IMG/VR virus record: IMGVR_UViG_3300033232_000013
Span: 1-25,696 of that record
Direction: 5' to 3' (one strand)
From: a virus
Lineage: Duplodnaviria; Caudoviricetes
Length of the DNA stretch: 25,696 bases
Of this stretch, positions 23,711-25,696 are shown one piece after another (positions within the stretch are counted from its first letter, which is position 1; each line of letters begins with the position of its first letter). The notes below the pieces were generated by a model. That model did no database searches. It was given only the letters and a program-made list of their open reading frames with translations, and was not told where the DNA came from. The position numbers and the translations under genes are program-made.

Positions 23711-25417
23711 TTATATGCTACCAGTAGTTGTTGCTTCTAGGATAACAGTTGATAAGTCAAACGTACCCTCAATAACTAAATTAAAGTTCTTGCAGTCTAT
23801 CAGGCCACCAGCTACACGATAATTTGGTGCTACAGTAATATCAGTTAGTTGCTCTGCTGGCTCTAGTGTCTTACCGTCATAACTAGGTTGTACATAAATA
23901 CGACCGCTAGTTAAGCCTTCAATTTCAGCCCGGTTAAGCTGTGTATGCCGAGCGCGTGTGAGTTGGATGCGCCCAATAACGGCCACGGCTTCATCCTCAG
24001 TATCACGTACCTTAGAACTCCAATCAGCAAGATGGACACTTCCATCTGCATCTAAGAATGCCATGCCATTCTGTGCAGCTACAATAGCATTACCCTGTTG
24101 CGTAGTTGAATCATACGTGCTTAACTCTGGACTATCATAAGGAATATCACCTAGCATAGAATAGGTTAAGTCTCCAGTCGTAGCTCCGTAGCTGTAGTAA
24201 AAACAGTCTCTGTGCACAATGCGTAGTTTACCCCAACGGCTAAGTGTCATATCGTACACAAGCGCAAAAGAGAATACCTTTGGAAACGTACCATAACTAA
24301 CCACCATATAGCGATTAGCAATATTAGTTATCTTGACATACATATCCAGTGTGGTGGAGGCCTCAGTAAGAGTCTGTAAGCCAAAGTTATAACGCTCAAT
24401 ATACCTGCCTGCGATAAAGTCACTCACGTCGGGGTATGCTTCGTCGCTACTATTTAGCGAGATTTTCTGTAACCCGGTCGTGGTGTACGCGATCAGTGCA
24501 CCTAGTGAGCCCTCTACCGTAGCCTGTTCGTAGCTTTCAATGCCACCCGCACCAGAGATTTCTCTGAAAACCCACGGAGCTGCTATGCTCTGTGCATGGT
24601 ACGTAGCTGCTATTGCGTTCTTAGACGTAAAGATGACAAAGCCGCCTGGCAGCGGTATGCAGGCCTTTACTCGGCCTTGCACATCCTCGGGAATCTGGTA
24701 ACCGGAGCCAGTAAATTCACCATTTGCGTATGGTGTAAAGTCAAAAGCAGTCCCAGTAAATGCTGCCCAAGCAACTGTAATATCACTGTAAACAATAAGG
24801 TATCCGTTTGAACTACTAATACCATCAATCTCGCCAACCGAGATAGGGATATTTGCGATTAACGCCCCGGCTGGCTCTAATGCTTTAGTCGTTGGATTCC
24901 AAAACAGAATACTAGCATCGGTACCGCCAGTAGCAAGCAGCCTACTATAGCATACAAAAGTTTTACCATCTACATACGCATATGTAACTCGTGCAGTGTC
25001 CTCCGTGTTAGGGCTAGCTGGATCAATTACTACTCCGTGAATTTCTAGAAAAGTGGTAGTTGTCCATGCACTAGTAACGTCATCATATATATAGTTCTTT
25101 CCAGCAGCCGGAGAATAAAGAACAGTGTTCTCAGCATCGTCGCGTAGTGCAAAGATCTGATCAAAGTCAGTATTAACTGTGGGAGCTATGAGCTGGCTGT
25201 AGCCGACGCTCTTTAGGCCCTCGGCAGCAGGCATGATGTTTTCACCGTAGAGAATCTGGGCCAGTTCAAAGTCTACAGACTCGTCGCTACCCATAAATAT
25301 CCGCGGTGTACGCGGTGCGCTGTCTAGTCCAGGAATAAAAACAGCTCGTTGTCCTTTAGTAGATACCATAGGAAAGCGAGCTGCGTTTAGTGAGACTTTA
25401 AATCTTTGAATGCTCAT
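23711..25417 (-). CDS. Tail nozzle / tail tubular B-like (P22 gp10-type) protein (568 aa)
   Basis: Beta-propeller-like composition, ENIMP near the N-terminus and LVYDMTLSRWG. Positioned upstream of the ejection genes. Confidence 0.6.
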   Translation of the reverse strand: MSIQRFKVSLNAARFPMVSTKGQRAVFIPGLDSAPRTPRIFMGSDESVDFELAQILYGENIMPAAEGLKSVGYSQLIAPTVNTDFDQIFALRDDAENTVLYSPAAGKNYIYDDVTSAWTTTTFLEIHGVVIDPASPNTEDTARVTYAYVDGKTFVCYSRLLATGGTDASILFWNPTTKALEPAGALIANIPISVGEIDGISSSNGYLIVYSDITVAWAAFTGTAFDFTPYANGEFTGSGYQIPEDVQGRVKACIPLPGGFVIFTSKNAIAATYHAQSIAAPWVFREISGAGGIESYEQATVEGSLGALIAYTTTGLQKISLNSSDEAYPDVSDFIAGRYIERYNFGLQTLTEASTTLDMYVKITNIANRYMVVSYGTFPKVFSFALVYDMTLSRWGKLRIVHRDCFYYSYGATTGDLTYSMLGDIPYDSPELSTYDSTTQQGNAIVAAQNGMAFLDADGSVHLADWSSKVRDTEDEAVAVIGRIQLTRARHTQLNRAEIEGLTSGRIYVQPSYDGKTLEPAEQLTDITVAPNYRVAGGLIDCKNFNLVIEGTFDLSTVILEATTTGSI

Positions 25418-25443
25418 TGTAGTTTATCTTAGTTACTAGCTAG

Positions 25444-25662
25444 TTAGTAAATATGTGCTTGCCATTTGTAAGCATCTTCACAGTGATTAACCTGCCATGG
25501 TCTGAATAGTGTATCAATTAGCCATACAGCTATTTCTCCACGTTTACGCCCTTGGAGTTTAATACGCCATGCCGCCGCTGATGCCGTCTCGCCCATCGGG
25601 TAGCGGCCACGCGTAACCCAGCGCCACAGCGTTACGTCAAGCCAGATCAGCGCGTTGAACAT
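25444..25662 (-). CDS. Small hypothetical phage protein (72 aa)
   Basis: ETASAAAWR...IDTLF...NHC pattern seen in small tail-region phage proteins. TAATG overlap with the upstream gene. Confidence 0.7.
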   Translation of the reverse strand: MFNALIWLDVTLWRWVTRGRYPMGETASAAAWRIKLQGRKRGEIAVWLIDTLFRPWQVNHCEDAYKWQAHIY

Positions 25663-25696
25663 TACAGTTCAGCGCCCGCAGTAAACAGCGCGTCAA
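25662..25696 (-). CDS. C-terminal end of an upstream gene (possibly tail-fibre-associated)
   Basis: Reads ...DALFTAGAEL-stop. Its TAA overlaps the next ATG. Confidence 0.5.
   Translation of the reverse strand, partial: DALFTAGAEL

Noticed and set aside
1-25696. Stop-codon reassignment suggested by frequent TAG trinucleotides
   Set aside because: Genes are full length and densely packed under the standard code, and several end in TAG followed closely by the next gene.

Overview
This window is a fragment of a tailed dsDNA phage genome, probably a podovirus. It has two convergent gene blocks that meet at a bidirectional terminator near 11.9 kb. The + strand (1-11891) carries early and replication genes: the C-terminus of a RecD-like SF1B helicase, about ten small or hypothetical genes (one with its own sigma70 promoter and terminator), a Cas4/AddB-like Fe-S nuclease + Sak4-like ATPase + SSB-like module, a family A DNA polymerase with an N-terminal extra domain and His at the Pol I F762 position, and an MCM-like/DUF3987-type AAA+ helicase. 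The - strand (11967-25696) carries virion and lysis genes: a tail nozzle-like protein, an M15 endolysin, a 3TM holin, three probable ejection proteins (692, 587 and 1699 aa) and a beta-rich terminal protein. No tRNA, rRNA, CRISPR array, integrase, primase or RNA polymerase was recognised. The most notable observations are the modular 692-aa protein (GDAYMPAY x3, GGSDRDxYG x2, AxGG motifs), a periodic T-tract leader plus Met-Thr minigene before the SSB-like gene, the His762 polymerase, and apparent CTAG/AGCT enrichment. All protein calls come from motif recognition by eye; no database search was run.
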